A DNA stretch of 38,364 nucleotides from a virus, in the IMG/VR virus record IMGVR_UViG_3300027826_000006. One strand, written 5' to 3'. The notes beneath the pieces are model-generated. The model had not been told where the DNA came from. It saw only the letters and a program-made list of their open reading frames with translations, and made no database searches. This document shows, piece after piece, positions 26,844 to 33,644 of this stretch (its first letter is position 1; every line of letters begins with the position of its first letter). The translations under genes were made by a program, and so were the position numbers.

Positions 26844-27122
26844 GTGCTTGACAGGTACGTTAATCTAGCGTACCGTATGGGAATGGCGAATCGCGCGGCA
26901 TTAACCAAAGAAGAATTCATTGAATTGCTCGAACAGAAGCGCGGAGAGAAACCAAGTGCGCATTATGCGCAGGAGTTGGGCATCTCCAAACAATATCTGT
27001 GTGACATCGTAAACGGACGCACGGTTGCCTCCGCCAATGTCTCTGAGCAGTTTGGATTCACGCCGGTAACGATGTACGTTGCGGTTGAGCCTAAACCCAA
27101 AAAAACTAGGAGATGGCGATGA
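26844..27122 (+). CDS. XRE-family HTH protein (probable start at the internal MGMANRAAL, about 26877)
   Basis: HYAQELGISKQYLCDIVNGRT helix-turn-helix. Confidence 0.5.
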   Translation: MLDRYVNLAYRMGMANRAALTKEEFIELLEQKRGEKPSAHYAQELGISKQYLCDIVNGRTVASANVSEQFGFTPVTMYVAVEPKPKKTRRWR

Positions 27123-27856
27123 GTAAAGTGCTGGTGAATTTCATTCAGGATCGCAGCGGTTCCATGCAATCAGTGTGGGATGAAACCCTCAACGGATTCA
27201 AGGTGTTCGTGAACGAACTGCGGGAGAAGGGCGAGAAGGATGGGGTGGAGTATCTATTATCTCTCACCGTATTCGATACACAGATCGACACGCCGCTGAT
27301 TGCGCAGCCAATTTGGGATGTTGATACCGACATCCTGCAAAAGCATGGGCCGCGTGGCAGTACGGCGCTCTACGATGCCGTGGGACAGACCATCAAGAAC
27401 ACCGATGATAACCGCCATGGCGCGGAGAAGATCATCGTGGTAATCGCGACCGATGGGCAGGAGAATAGCAGCCGCGAATGGGACAAGGACAAGCTACATG
27501 CTGCCATTGATAAACATTTGAACGCGGGCGACTGGACGTTCACTTATCTGGGTACACAGCCAGAAACGTGGGACGACGCAAGCAGCATTGGCGTGCCGAT
27601 TGGTTCCACCGCGCTATATACCGGCACATCCACCAGCGCCGGATATGCGGCCACCAGTGCATCGCTACACGCTATGGCGTGCAGTTCGCAGAAGCAATCG
27701 TTTGTCACCATGGATTCAATTCCAGATCACGTAGCGGTTGCAGCGCGCATGACGAAATCGAAGGACGCGCCAAAGCCAAGCGCGGCTCGTCGGCCTACGT
27801 CGCCGCCCATGGTACCGCCGAAGCCAAAGGCCAAAACAAACAGGAAGTGGAAATAA
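27113..27856 (+). CDS. von Willebrand factor type A (vWA) domain protein
   Basis: MIDAS-like DRSGSM, GSTALYDAVG, IVVIATDGQEN; Pro/Lys-rich C-terminal tail. Confidence 0.6.
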   Translation: MAMSKVLVNFIQDRSGSMQSVWDETLNGFKVFVNELREKGEKDGVEYLLSLTVFDTQIDTPLIAQPIWDVDTDILQKHGPRGSTALYDAVGQTIKNTDDNRHGAEKIIVVIATDGQENSSREWDKDKLHAAIDKHLNAGDWTFTYLGTQPETWDDASSIGVPIGSTALYTGTSTSAGYAATSASLHAMACSSQKQSFVTMDSIPDHVAVAARMTKSKDAPKPSAARRPTSPPMVPPKPKAKTNRKWK

Positions 27857-28003
27857 AACTTGCAGGGCTTGACCAACTGTGGTAGGCTTTGGTTCATTAA
27901 CATGACATTCAACACCATGTCCGTCATTAAACGAAATCGCCGCATAAACGTGCGGTGGCGGGGGTGTTGACTTGTCTGGAGGCCAGAGGCCGGATTCAAC
28001 ATT

Positions 28004-28035
28004 AGCCCCGCGATGAAAGCGGGGCTTTTGTTTTG
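28004..28035 (+). terminator. rho-independent terminator
   Basis: AGCCCCGC-gatgaaa-GCGGGGCT plus TTTTGTTTT. Confidence 0.65.
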
Positions 28036-28039
28036 ATGT

Positions 28040-28116
28040 TCCAGTCTAGCTTAATTCGGTAGAGCATCGTCCTGTTAAGACGGGTGGTCTCGGTTCGAGT
28101 CCGAGGGCTGGAGCCA
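28040..28116 (+). tRNA. tRNA-Asn (GTT)
   Basis: Manual cloverleaf: acceptor TCCAGTC/GGCTGGA, anticodon loop CTGTTAA, T-arm CTCGG-TTCGAGT-CCGAG, CCA encoded. Confidence 0.8.
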
Positions 28117-28126
28117 ATTTTAGAGT

Positions 28127-28200
28127 GCCAGATTCGGCCAACGGTAGGCCGGTTGCCTCATGAACAACCTATTCCAGTTCGACTCTGGAATCTGGCACCA
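28127..28200 (+). tRNA. tRNA-Met (CAT), elongator-like
   Basis: Acceptor GCCAGAT/ATCTGGC, loop CTCATGA closed by a C.A mismatch (G37), T-arm TCCAG-TTCGACT-CTGGA, CCA. Confidence 0.6.
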
Positions 28201-28238
28201 AAATTCGTTATTCGCGAATAGCGAACGTGGAGCGAGCC

Positions 28239-28460
28239 ATGTATGACGAACATCCAGCAACGGACAAGGGTTGGCAGCCGCTCGATTTGGACGCGCTGAT
28301 CGAAAAGCAATTGGCTGAATTGAGTGAACAGGCGAAAGAATGGACGCAGCGAATGCGCAACCTACGAAGCGAGTTGCGCCAGATTGGGCGTTAAAAAATT
28401 TAGGTGGATCGCACTGGGCGGCGGGCGAGTCTTATAAACTTGTGATTGCCCTAGATTAGG
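28239..28460 (+). CDS. possible small coiled-coil protein between tRNAs (MYDEHPATDKGWQPLDLDALIEKQLAELSEQAKEWTQRMRNLRSEL...)
   Basis: GGAG 7 nt upstream of the ATG; by my hand translation the frame stays open to 28460 and overlaps the tRNA-like element, yet it is absent from the supplied ORF track, so it is doubtful. Confidence 0.25.
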
Positions 28461-28497
28461 GCGCACGGGATGGTTCGATTCCATCATCCACTACCAA
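28404..28497 (+). tRNA. aberrant tRNA-like element (94 nt): canonical acceptor, T-arm and CCA; candidate anticodon loop CTTATAA (TAT); 15-nt extra hairpin
   Basis: Acceptor GGTGGAT/ATCCACT-A-CCA, T-arm GATGG-TTCGATT-CCATC, stem CGAGT/ACTTG around CTTATAA, hairpin GCCCT-agatt-AGGGC; the D-arm is not canonical. Confidence 0.35.
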
Positions 28498-28498
28498 G

Positions 28499-28576
28499 TG
28501 TTGAGGGGCGGATGGGTAGCGAGCGGTTCAACGGGTAATGCCGGAACGGACGAGGCTTTGGCTGCCCCTCAACTAC
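28499..28576. repeat. 10-bp perfect inverted repeat GTTGAGGGGC ... GCCCCTCAAC enclosing 58 nt
   Basis: Direct inspection; lies between the tRNA-like element and tRNA-Val. Confidence 0.5.
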
Positions 28577-28580
28577 ATGT

Positions 28581-28657
28581 GCGCGGTTAGCTCAACCCGG
28601 TAGAGCCGTTGCCCTACAAGCAACTTGTTGGGAGTTCAAATCTCTCACCGCGCACCA
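28581..28657 (+). tRNA. tRNA-Val (TAC) with C33
   Basis: Acceptor GCGCGGT/ACCGCGC, D-stem GCTC/GAGC, anticodon stem GTTGC/GCAAC, loop CCTACAA, T-arm GGGAG-TTCAAAT-CTCTC, CCA. Confidence 0.7.
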
Positions 28658-29276
28658 ATTTCAGTAAGCCCATGTCCAATTCTTGGTGGTGATTGGGGCA
28701 TAGGCCAATTAGATTCTCCTTGGCGTTGACCACGCTCAATAGGGTGGTTTTGGGAAACGTGGATACCGCCTTGATGTGGCAGCATTCAACATACGTTGAA
28801 TATCCACAGATAGAACAAGCCGCCAACAAGCCAGCGGCAGCGGCTATTTGTTTTGCATGTTGCCTGACGCTTGTATGGTAAACATTGCGACTGCCAGACC
28901 GGAACAAGTCGTTCAAGGTTTTGTTCGGTGCATTGATTCTGTGATTCGCAAGTAAGCAGTTCTTGCAGTATTTGCGGCTGATCCTAATCGGGCCACCACA
29001 ATCTGCACATCTGCCAGTTGGCTGGAGACGAGTTCGCGGTCTCTGATTGTTGGCTGATGCAGCGCATGCCCGCGAACAGTATTTTGGATTCGCCGTTTCG
29101 TTGCTGCAATGGTGGCATCGCCTAACCACTGGCGGAAATCCAGCGCAACAACTGTTGCAGCGCACGCTTTTATGGTTTCGCCGCAAATAACGTTTGTGAT
29201 TTGCGGTTGAACGAAGGAATGGCGATTTGCAAATTGAACATTGGAGTTGAACTGTTTCAGGCATTGGGGCTATCAT
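28614..29276 (-). CDS. HNH endonuclease with N-terminal Cys-rich zinc-finger region
   Basis: CSICGYSTYVECCHIKAVS ... NLIGLCPNHHQELD HNH signature; its C-terminal 44 nt overlap the 3' end of tRNA-Val. Confidence 0.55.
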   Translation of the reverse strand: MIAPMPETVQLQCSICKSPFLRSTANHKRYLRRNHKSVRCNSCCAGFPPVVRRCHHCSNETANPKYCSRACAASANNQRPRTRLQPTGRCADCGGPIRISRKYCKNCLLANHRINAPNKTLNDLFRSGSRNVYHTSVRQHAKQIAAAAGLLAACSICGYSTYVECCHIKAVSTFPKTTLLSVVNAKENLIGLCPNHHQELDMGLLKLVRGERFELPTSCL

Positions 29277-29344
29277 ATTAGATGTGAGAGATGAAACGCC
29301 ATGCCGATTCCATCACGCGGTACCATTTTAGGAGAATGAAAATG

Positions 29345-29536
29345 ATTCAGTACGATCCGCCCAGCGGTTGGAGATACGGCTTCCCGAAAGAGTACAAGCC
29401 GCAGCCGGGAGAAACGCTTGAGCAAACGCTTCTCCGCGATGGCTATCCGCAGAAAGAAATTGATGCTGGCATGGCAAAATATTGCCGCTTCTTGGGGCCG
29501 AAAGAAGAACTGAATGCGTTGTTTTCTGGAACTTAA
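29345..29536 (+). CDS. hypothetical small protein (63 aa)
   Basis: Second ATG after AGGAGA RBS (MIQYDPPSGWRYGFPKEY...). Confidence 0.4.
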   Translation: MQYDPPSGWRYGFPKEYKPQPGETLEQTLLRDGYPQKEIDAGMAKYCRFLGPKEELNALFSGT

Positions 29537-29752
29537 ATGAAAAAGAAAAGACAGCTTCGCAATTTGGGTGTGTGCGCAAGGTGCGGCGACCCAATTATGA
29601 GTGTCCACGAAGATCGCGAGCACATTGTGGGCACCAGCGCGAAAGATGCCAGAAAGTTGTGCAGTGCGTGCATTTCGCGCTACCATGACAAAAAACTTTG
29701 CATCTGCTCACATTGCAGTGGGCAAGAAAAAGATTATGCCGGTGTCGTCTAA
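29537..29752 (+). CDS. small zinc-ribbon protein (CARCG ... CSACISRYH ... CICSHCSG)
   Basis: ATG directly after the upstream TAA; its 3' end overlaps the next tRNA by about 15 nt. Confidence 0.4.
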   Translation: MKKKRQLRNLGVCARCGDPIMSVHEDREHIVGTSAKDARKLCSACISRYHDKKLCICSHCSGQEKDYAGVV

Positions 29753-29811
29753 TGGCAAGGCCCGCGCCCGATTAGCGCGAGACGTTGGTTCGATTCCAGC
29801 CACCGGTACCA
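29738..29811 (+). tRNA. tRNA-Ile-like (GAT) with atypical loop CCGATTA (C33, U37)
   Basis: Acceptor GCCGGTG/CACCGGT, D-stem GTCT/AGGC, anticodon stem CGCGC/GCGCG, T-arm GTTGG-TTCGATT-CCAGC, CCA. Confidence 0.55.
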
Positions 29812-29899
29812 TTTTTATGATTGAAACATTCATCAGAGACGGCACAACCTACCGCATCCTGAGTGGCGAAGATGCGGAGCGTGCAATGGAACGCAATAT

Positions 29900-29976
29900 G
29901 CGCGATTGGCAGAGACGGCCTATGCACTTGACTCTTAATCAAGACGACGCTGGTTCGATTCCAGCATCGCGCACCA
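29900..29976 (+). tRNA. tRNA-Lys (CTT)
   Basis: Acceptor GCGCGAT/ATCGCGC, anticodon stem CTTGA/TCAAG, loop CTCTTAA, T-arm GCTGG-TTCGATT-CCAGC, CCA. Confidence 0.8.
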
Positions 29977-29978
29977 AT

Positions 29979-30059
29979 GGGGGTATGGCAGAGTCAGGAC
30001 TATTGCATCCGCCTTTTAAGCGGAACATAACGTAGGTTCAAATCCTACTGCCCCCACCA
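29979..30059 (+). tRNA. tRNA-Lys (TTT) with 11-nt D-loop and 7-nt variable loop
   Basis: Acceptor GGGGGTA/TGCCCCC, anticodon stem TCCGC/GCGGA, loop CTTTTAA, T-arm GTAGG-TTCAAAT-CCTAC, CCA. Confidence 0.65.
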
Positions 30060-30073
30060 AATTTGAGGAAACC

Positions 30074-30409
30074 ATGAAAAACATAAAACTGAAAATAAAG
30101 AAACAGGCTTGCGAAGTCATGCTGGTTGAGTTGACCGGCGAATACGAAGATGGCGTGAAATTCGTCCGCGAATTGAACTTCAGCGGCAATGCCACGTCAA
30201 CCGTGCTGTACGGGGCGCGATTGGTGCTGGACGCGCTTGCGGAATTGGAGGCCCGCGAATACCAAGATAAGTTTCAGGCGGCCTCTCAAGCATTCGCTAA
30301 ACTGAAGTCGCTCACTAAGGCAGTTCCGGCTGGAGAGTGGACACCGGAGTACCGGGCGCTGGCAGAGGCAATCCACAACATGGGCCGCGAAGTGTTCTAC
30401 GTGGAGTAA
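30074..30409 (+). CDS. hypothetical protein (111 aa)
   Basis: RBS TGAGGAAACC-ATG. Confidence 0.5.
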   Translation: MKNIKLKIKKQACEVMLVELTGEYEDGVKFVRELNFSGNATSTVLYGARLVLDALAELEAREYQDKFQAASQAFAKLKSLTKAVPAGEWTPEYRALAEAIHNMGREVFYVE

Positions 30410-30412
30410 GTT

Positions 30413-30919
30413 ATGAAAACACCAGCAGTCGTTTTAGTGAATCCGAAATATCCGCACAATTTCGCGGCGGCAATACGCGCGTGTTCATGCTTCGGCGTAG
30501 AAGAATTGCTCTACACCGGCGACCGCATGGACATCAGGCCCAACGAGCGCTTGCCGCGCGAGGAGCGGATGAAGGGGTACGCGGCGGTTAGCTGGCGGCG
30601 CGAAGATCGCCCACTTGGCCTCCTTGGCACACCGGTTTGCGTAGAAGTCATGGAGAACAGTGAGCCGCTGACTACATTTGAGCATCCACTTGATGCCATC
30701 TATGTTTTTGGGCCAGAGGATGGCGGGGTGCCGCAAACATTCCGGCAGCACTGTCACCGCTTCGTCCACATTCCGGCGCATCACTGCCTGAATCTGGCTG
30801 CGGCAATCAATGTGGTGCTGTCGCACCGAATGATGCAGTTGAATCCAACGCTGCCACTGAGTGAAGTTCTTCACGAAACGCGCGGAGAATTAGCAGTGGC
30901 AGGGTGGGATGGCAAGTAG
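30413..30919 (+). CDS. SpoU/TrmH-family (SPOUT) RNA 2'-O-methyltransferase, TrmL-like size
   Basis: VVLVNPKYPHNFAAAIRACSCFGVEELLYTG, IYVFGPEDGGVPQ, HIPAHHCLNLAAAINVVL match the SpoU motifs. Confidence 0.6.
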   Translation: MKTPAVVLVNPKYPHNFAAAIRACSCFGVEELLYTGDRMDIRPNERLPREERMKGYAAVSWRREDRPLGLLGTPVCVEVMENSEPLTTFEHPLDAIYVFGPEDGGVPQTFRQHCHRFVHIPAHHCLNLAAAINVVLSHRMMQLNPTLPLSEVLHETRGELAVAGWDGK

Positions 30920-30993
30920 GGCCGCTTCATCCAACAGGAAAGGATCAGCACTTCTAATGCTGAAACGGCAGTTCGAGCCTGCCAGCGGCTTCC
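30919..30993 (+). tRNA. tRNA-Arg (TCT)
   Basis: Acceptor GGCCGCT/AGCGGCT, anticodon stem CAGCA/TGCTG, loop CTTCTAA, T-arm GGCAG-TTCGAGC-CTGCC, CCA. Confidence 0.7.
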
Positions 30994-31128
30994 ATTATAA
31001 TGTTCTTGGCCGGGACGGTTTCACCGGGCATCGCGTATAAAGGGAACAGGCGATGATGCTGCGACCTGCCGCTGGCGGTTGCGCTTTTCACTGCCGCCGA
31101 AAGAGCGTGGAATGTTCCCGGCCTTAAC

Positions 31129-31216
31129 GGGGGCGTGGTCTGAATTGGATTAGGCACTGCGCTACGAACGCAGATCGCGAAAGCGGATGCAGGTTCGAGT
31201 CCTGCCGCCCCTACCA
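31129..31216 (+). tRNA. tRNA-Arg (ACG) on a type-II (long variable arm) body
   Basis: Acceptor GGGGGCG/CGCCCCT, 3-bp D-stem with 12-nt D-loop, anticodon stem CTGCG/CGCAG, loop CTACGAA, 15-nt variable arm ATCGCGAAAGCGGAT, T-arm GCAGG-TTCGAGT-CCTGC, A73, CCA. Confidence 0.6.
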
Positions 31217-31222
31217 TATTTT

Positions 31223-31297
31223 GCCCGCGTAGTGTAAAGCAGAACACGGCTTCCTCCTAAGAAGCAAATCCGGGTTGAATTCCCGGCGTGGGTACCA
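31223..31297 (+). tRNA. tRNA-Arg (CCT)
   Basis: Acceptor GCCCGCG/CGTGGGT (two G.U), D-stem GTGT/ACAC, anticodon stem GCTTC/GAAGC, loop CTCCTAA, T-arm CCGGG-TTGAATT-CCCGG, CCA. Confidence 0.7.
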
Positions 31298-31299
31298 TT

Positions 31300-31375
31300 G
31301 GGCCGCTGGGGTAACGCACGAACCCGGCAGATTCCGAATCTGCAAATCCGAGTTGGATTCTCGGGCGGCCTACCA
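31300..31375 (+). tRNA. tRNA-Arg (CCG)
   Basis: Acceptor GGGCCGC/GCGGCCT, D-stem GGGT/ACCC, anticodon stem GCAGA/TCTGC, loop TTCCGAA, T-arm CCGAG-TTGGATT-CTCGG, CCA. Confidence 0.7.
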
Positions 31376-31575
31376 TTTTTCGCTTGACAAGTTTCGCCCA
31401 TTACCCCATACTCCTTACATGATTCGTTTCACCCATAGCGATTGTCCAACACCGCAGGCCGCGACCGGAACGTGGCAGGGCGAGTTTGAACGTATTGCGG
31501 GGTAAGGCGAACTTGTAGGTTCCTTGTAAGCCCCGCCTCAAAAAGCGGGGCTTAATCATTTCTGGGAGAGAGAAA

Positions 31576-31824
31576 ATGATTGATGCAAAGGTTGGGGATG
31601 TGGTTACACGCAATTTGGCTGGAGCGCTCATTGAACTAGAAGTCACCGCCGTGGATGACAAATTCATCTATTGCGGCCCGAAGGGGGTGGGCTGGAAATT
31701 TGACAAATGGACTGGCGCGGAGGTCGATGAGGAACTTGGCTGGGGGCCGCCGCCAAAAATCAGTGGCTCCTTTATCGTCCTAAACAATGCGCCGTATGGC
31801 AAAGTGATGGGCAAGATAGCTTGA
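31576..31824 (+). CDS. hypothetical small protein (82 aa)
   Basis: RBS GGGAGAGAGAAA-ATG; the stop abuts the next tRNA. Confidence 0.5.
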   Translation: MIDAKVGDVVTRNLAGALIELEVTAVDDKFIYCGPKGVGWKFDKWTGAEVDEELGWGPPPKISGSFIVLNNAPYGKVMGKIA

Positions 31825-31898
31825 GCCGGATTCGGCTAGTGGCAGGCCACGTGGTTCTCATCCACAAAACGTGGGTTCGATTCCCGCATCCGGTACCA
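31825..31898 (+). tRNA. tRNA-Glu (CTC)
   Basis: Acceptor GCCGGAT/ATCCGGT, D-stem GGCT/GGCC, loop TTCTCAT, T-arm GTGGG-TTCGATT-CCCGC, CCA. Confidence 0.6.
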
Positions 31899-31899
31899 T

Positions 31900-31979
31900 G
31901 CCGTAGAGCGCAAAGTGGTCGAGCGGCCTGTCTTTCAAGCAGGACATTCTAGCCGGTTCGAGTCCGGTCTACGGCACCA
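31900..31979 (+). tRNA. tRNA-Glu (TTC), 80 nt, A8 and 8-nt variable region
   Basis: Acceptor GCCGTAG/CTACGGC, anticodon stem CCTGT/GCAGG, loop CTTTCAA, T-arm GCCGG-TTCGAGT-CCGGT, CCA. Confidence 0.65.
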
Positions 31980-32164
31980 AATTTTATGATTACATTTTTC
32001 GGAACGCAGATTGAAGTGACAAGTGAACGGCAATGCCAGAGAAGCAGCGCCGATCATCGGGCGCTTGTGCATGAAGCACGGCTTGACAGGCAAAAGACAG
32101 GCCACAACGTGGACGAATCGTATGTGATCTGCGGGCACTGCGTCAAGGCGCTGAGTTTGAAAAT

Positions 32165-32238
32165 TTGAGTGTGGCGGGTTCGGTTAGTGGAAAGCCGCTG
32201 GCCTTTGGCACCAGCTTCGGAGGTTCGATTCCTTCACC
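32165..32238 (+). tRNA. tRNA-Gln (TTG), tentative
   Basis: Acceptor GGCGGGT/ACCCGCT, D-stem GGTT/AGCC, loop CTTTGGC with a C.A closing mismatch, T-arm GGAGG-TTCGATT-CCTTC, G73, CCA. Confidence 0.5.
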
Positions 32239-32239
32239 C

Positions 32240-32313
32240 GCTGCCATAGCGAGTTCGGTTAGTGGCAGGCCCGATGCCTCTGGAGCATCCAGCGGTGGTT
32301 CGATTCCACCACT
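32240..32313 (+). tRNA. tRNA-Gln (CTG)
   Basis: Acceptor AGCGAGT/ACTCGCT, anticodon stem GATGC/GCATC, loop CTCTGGA, T-arm GGTGG-TTCGATT-CCACC, CCA. Confidence 0.6.
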
Positions 32314-32321
32314 CGCTTCCA

Positions 32322-32398
32322 TATTTTACGGGGTGTAAGACGAAGCGGACGAGTCACCTGCCTGTCACGCAGGAGTAAGCCGGTTCAAGTCCGGTACA
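32322..32398 (+). tRNA. tRNA-Asp (GTC)
   Basis: Acceptor GGGGTGT/ACATCCC, anticodon stem CCTGC/GCAGG, loop CTGTCAC, T-arm GCCGG-TTCAAGT-CCGGT, G73, CCA. Confidence 0.7.
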
Positions 32399-32419
32399 TC
32401 CCGCCATAAGTTTGGGGCG

Positions 32420-32442
32420 ATCCACCCTAAAGGTGGGTTTTT
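32420..32442 (+). terminator. rho-independent terminator
   Basis: CCACC-ctaaa-GGTGG hairpin followed by GTTTTTCC. Confidence 0.55.
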
Positions 32443-32568
32443 CCGAGGATGAATTTCCTTGCCCAGTAATGGGCCGATATGTTCGGTTATCGCCCCTCCA
32501 CATCGGAGAACGATGAGCATCTTTGAGGATATAGACGAAATGAAATGGATTGAATGGTTCAACAAAAT

Positions 32569-32645
32569 GGGAGCGTCGGTTAATCAGCGCAAACCATCGG
32601 ACTCCAAACCCGAGACTCCCGGTTCAAATCCGGGCGCTCCCGCCA
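32569..32645 (+). tRNA. tRNA-Trp (CCA)
   Basis: Acceptor GGGAGCG/CGCTCCC, D-stem GGTT/AACC, loop CTCCAAA, T-arm CCCGG-TTCAAAT-CCGGG, G73, CCA. Confidence 0.75.
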
Positions 32646-32707
32646 TCTCTCGGGATGGCTTTTGTCCCAATTGTGGACTTTCATACCCGAACGATTTTGA
32701 CGGCAAC

Positions 32708-32884
32708 ATGGCAGTCGAATGCGACTGTGGCCATAAGTTTACTGTCGTTGGTAGATACGCCATCTCTTGTGCTGCTTGCGGTAAGGAATTGAGCAAGGAA
32801 ACCAACTCCGAGGAATGCCCGGATTCACTGTATTGGCATCGCAAGCACACCGCGATTGTGCTGAATAGGGTTTGTGTTGAGTAA
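32708..32884 (+). CDS. small zinc-ribbon protein (CDCGH ... CAACG); possible remnant of a longer ORF interrupted by tRNA-Trp
   Basis: First in-frame ATG after tRNA-Trp; an upstream in-frame CPNCG motif has no start codon. Confidence 0.3.
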   Translation: MAVECDCGHKFTVVGRYAISCAACGKELSKETNSEECPDSLYWHRKHTAIVLNRVCVE

Positions 32885-32895
32885 AGGGAAAAAGA

Positions 32896-32970
32896 GCGGG
32901 GTTGGCCGACCGGTAAGGCAGTTGGCTTCCACCCAACGATCAGCGGGTTCGATTCCCGCACCCCGCTCCA
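32896..32970 (+). tRNA. tRNA-Gly (TCC)
   Basis: Acceptor GCGGGGT/ACCCCGC, anticodon stem GTTGG/CCAAC, loop CTTCCAC, T-arm GCGGG-TTCGATT-CCCGC, CCA. Confidence 0.75.
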
Positions 32971-33097
32971 AACAACAAGATTTGTTCGGGGGCTACAAAA
33001 GCTGGAGCCTGCTTGATCTGTGGAAAGAGATGGGCGCGATTCGCCGGAGATGTTACGCGAAGCGCATGGAGTGGGAACGGAAGGGGCAATTGATTGT

Positions 33098-33172
33098 GCT
33101 GGGTTCGTCTAGCGGCAAGGATACTGCATTGCCAATGCAGTGACACCAGTTCGAGTCTGGTACCCCGCACCA
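33098..33172 (+). tRNA. tRNA-Gly (GCC)
   Basis: Acceptor GCTGGGT/ACCCCGC (3-70 mismatch), anticodon stem CTGCA/TGCAG, loop TTGCCAA, T-arm ACCAG-TTCGAGT-CTGGT, CCA. Confidence 0.65.
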
Positions 33173-33178
33173 AGTTTT

Positions 33179-33253
33179 GTGCCGTTGACCGAGTGGCTTA
33201 GGTGTATGGCTGCAACCCATACCACGGGTGTTCGATTCACCCACGGCACTCCA
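33179..33253 (+). tRNA. tRNA-Cys (GCA)
   Basis: Acceptor GTGCCGT/ACGGCAC, anticodon stem TATGG/CCATA, loop CTGCAAC, T-arm GGGTG-TTCGATT-CACCC, U73, CCA. Confidence 0.8.
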
Positions 33254-33263
33254 AATTTTTACC

Positions 33264-33644
33264 ATGGCACACTTTGACGAGCACTGTAGAGACTGCGAAC
33301 GATTACTGGGCGACCGACATGAAAAGGTCAACCGGTGGATTGATGAGTTGTTCGCGAAGCATGGCCCAGAACATCGGCGCTATCGGCATCACGGCGGTGG
33401 CGTGCGCGAGGCCCAGAAGAAGTTTGGCGGCGACGCAGCCAAGGCGGCCATCGTACATATCGTCCGCGATTGTGGGCGCGTACCGCTGGCTATGGAGTAT
33501 GACAAGCGCACGCTCTTTGAGTTCGGCGAGAATATAGTAGTCGCCCCGGAGCACTTGCGCTATGACGGGCTGGATGAAACGGCGCGGCAGAAGTTCGACA
33601 AGATTGTGAAAGCGGAGTTTGAAAGATTTGGGTTGCCAGCATAG
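33264..33644 (+). CDS. hypothetical His/Cys-rich protein (HCRDCERLLG ... HRRYRHHGGG)
   Basis: ATG at 33264 (MAHFDEH...); no clear SD; its 3' end overlaps the start of the tRNA-Thr(CGT)-like gene. Confidence 0.45.
   Translation: MAHFDEHCRDCERLLGDRHEKVNRWIDELFAKHGPEHRRYRHHGGGVREAQKKFGGDAAKAAIVHIVRDCGRVPLAMEYDKRTLFEFGENIVVAPEHLRYDGLDETARQKFDKIVKAEFERFGLPA

Noticed and set aside
28404-28497. tmRNA or tRNA-Sec interpretation of the 94-nt tRNA-like element
   Set aside because: There is no TCA anticodon and no Sec-type 8/5 acceptor/T-stem geometry. It is far too short for tmRNA, and no tag-peptide ORF or pseudoknots were seen.
29601-30035. 144-aa plus-strand ORF
   Set aside because: It spans three tRNA genes (Ile-like, Lys CTT, Lys TTT). 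Its peptide includes the telltale tRNA-antisense-style segments (DAGSIPA etc.), so it is an artefact of open frames across structured-RNA genes.
31384-31412. TTGACA-N17-CATACT promoter-like site after the Arg tRNA run
   Set aside because: The -10 is weak and nothing clearly requires it. It is kept only as a low-probability internal promoter.
31275-31505. 76-aa ORF over the Arg tRNA run, and minus-strand ORFs 30954..31247 and 31162..31401
   Set aside because: They lie entirely within tRNA genes and spacers, have no RBS, and show tRNA-derived composition.
31986-32168. 60-aa ORF between tRNA-Glu and tRNA-Gln
   Set aside because: There is no Shine-Dalgarno, and it overlaps the start of tRNA-Gln. 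It may be real but is unsupported.
32874-33143. 89-aa ORF across tRNA-Gly (TCC) and into tRNA-Gly (GCC)
   Set aside because: It overlaps two tRNA genes. Only a 37-codon remnant (33022..33134) lies outside them, and that is unsupported.
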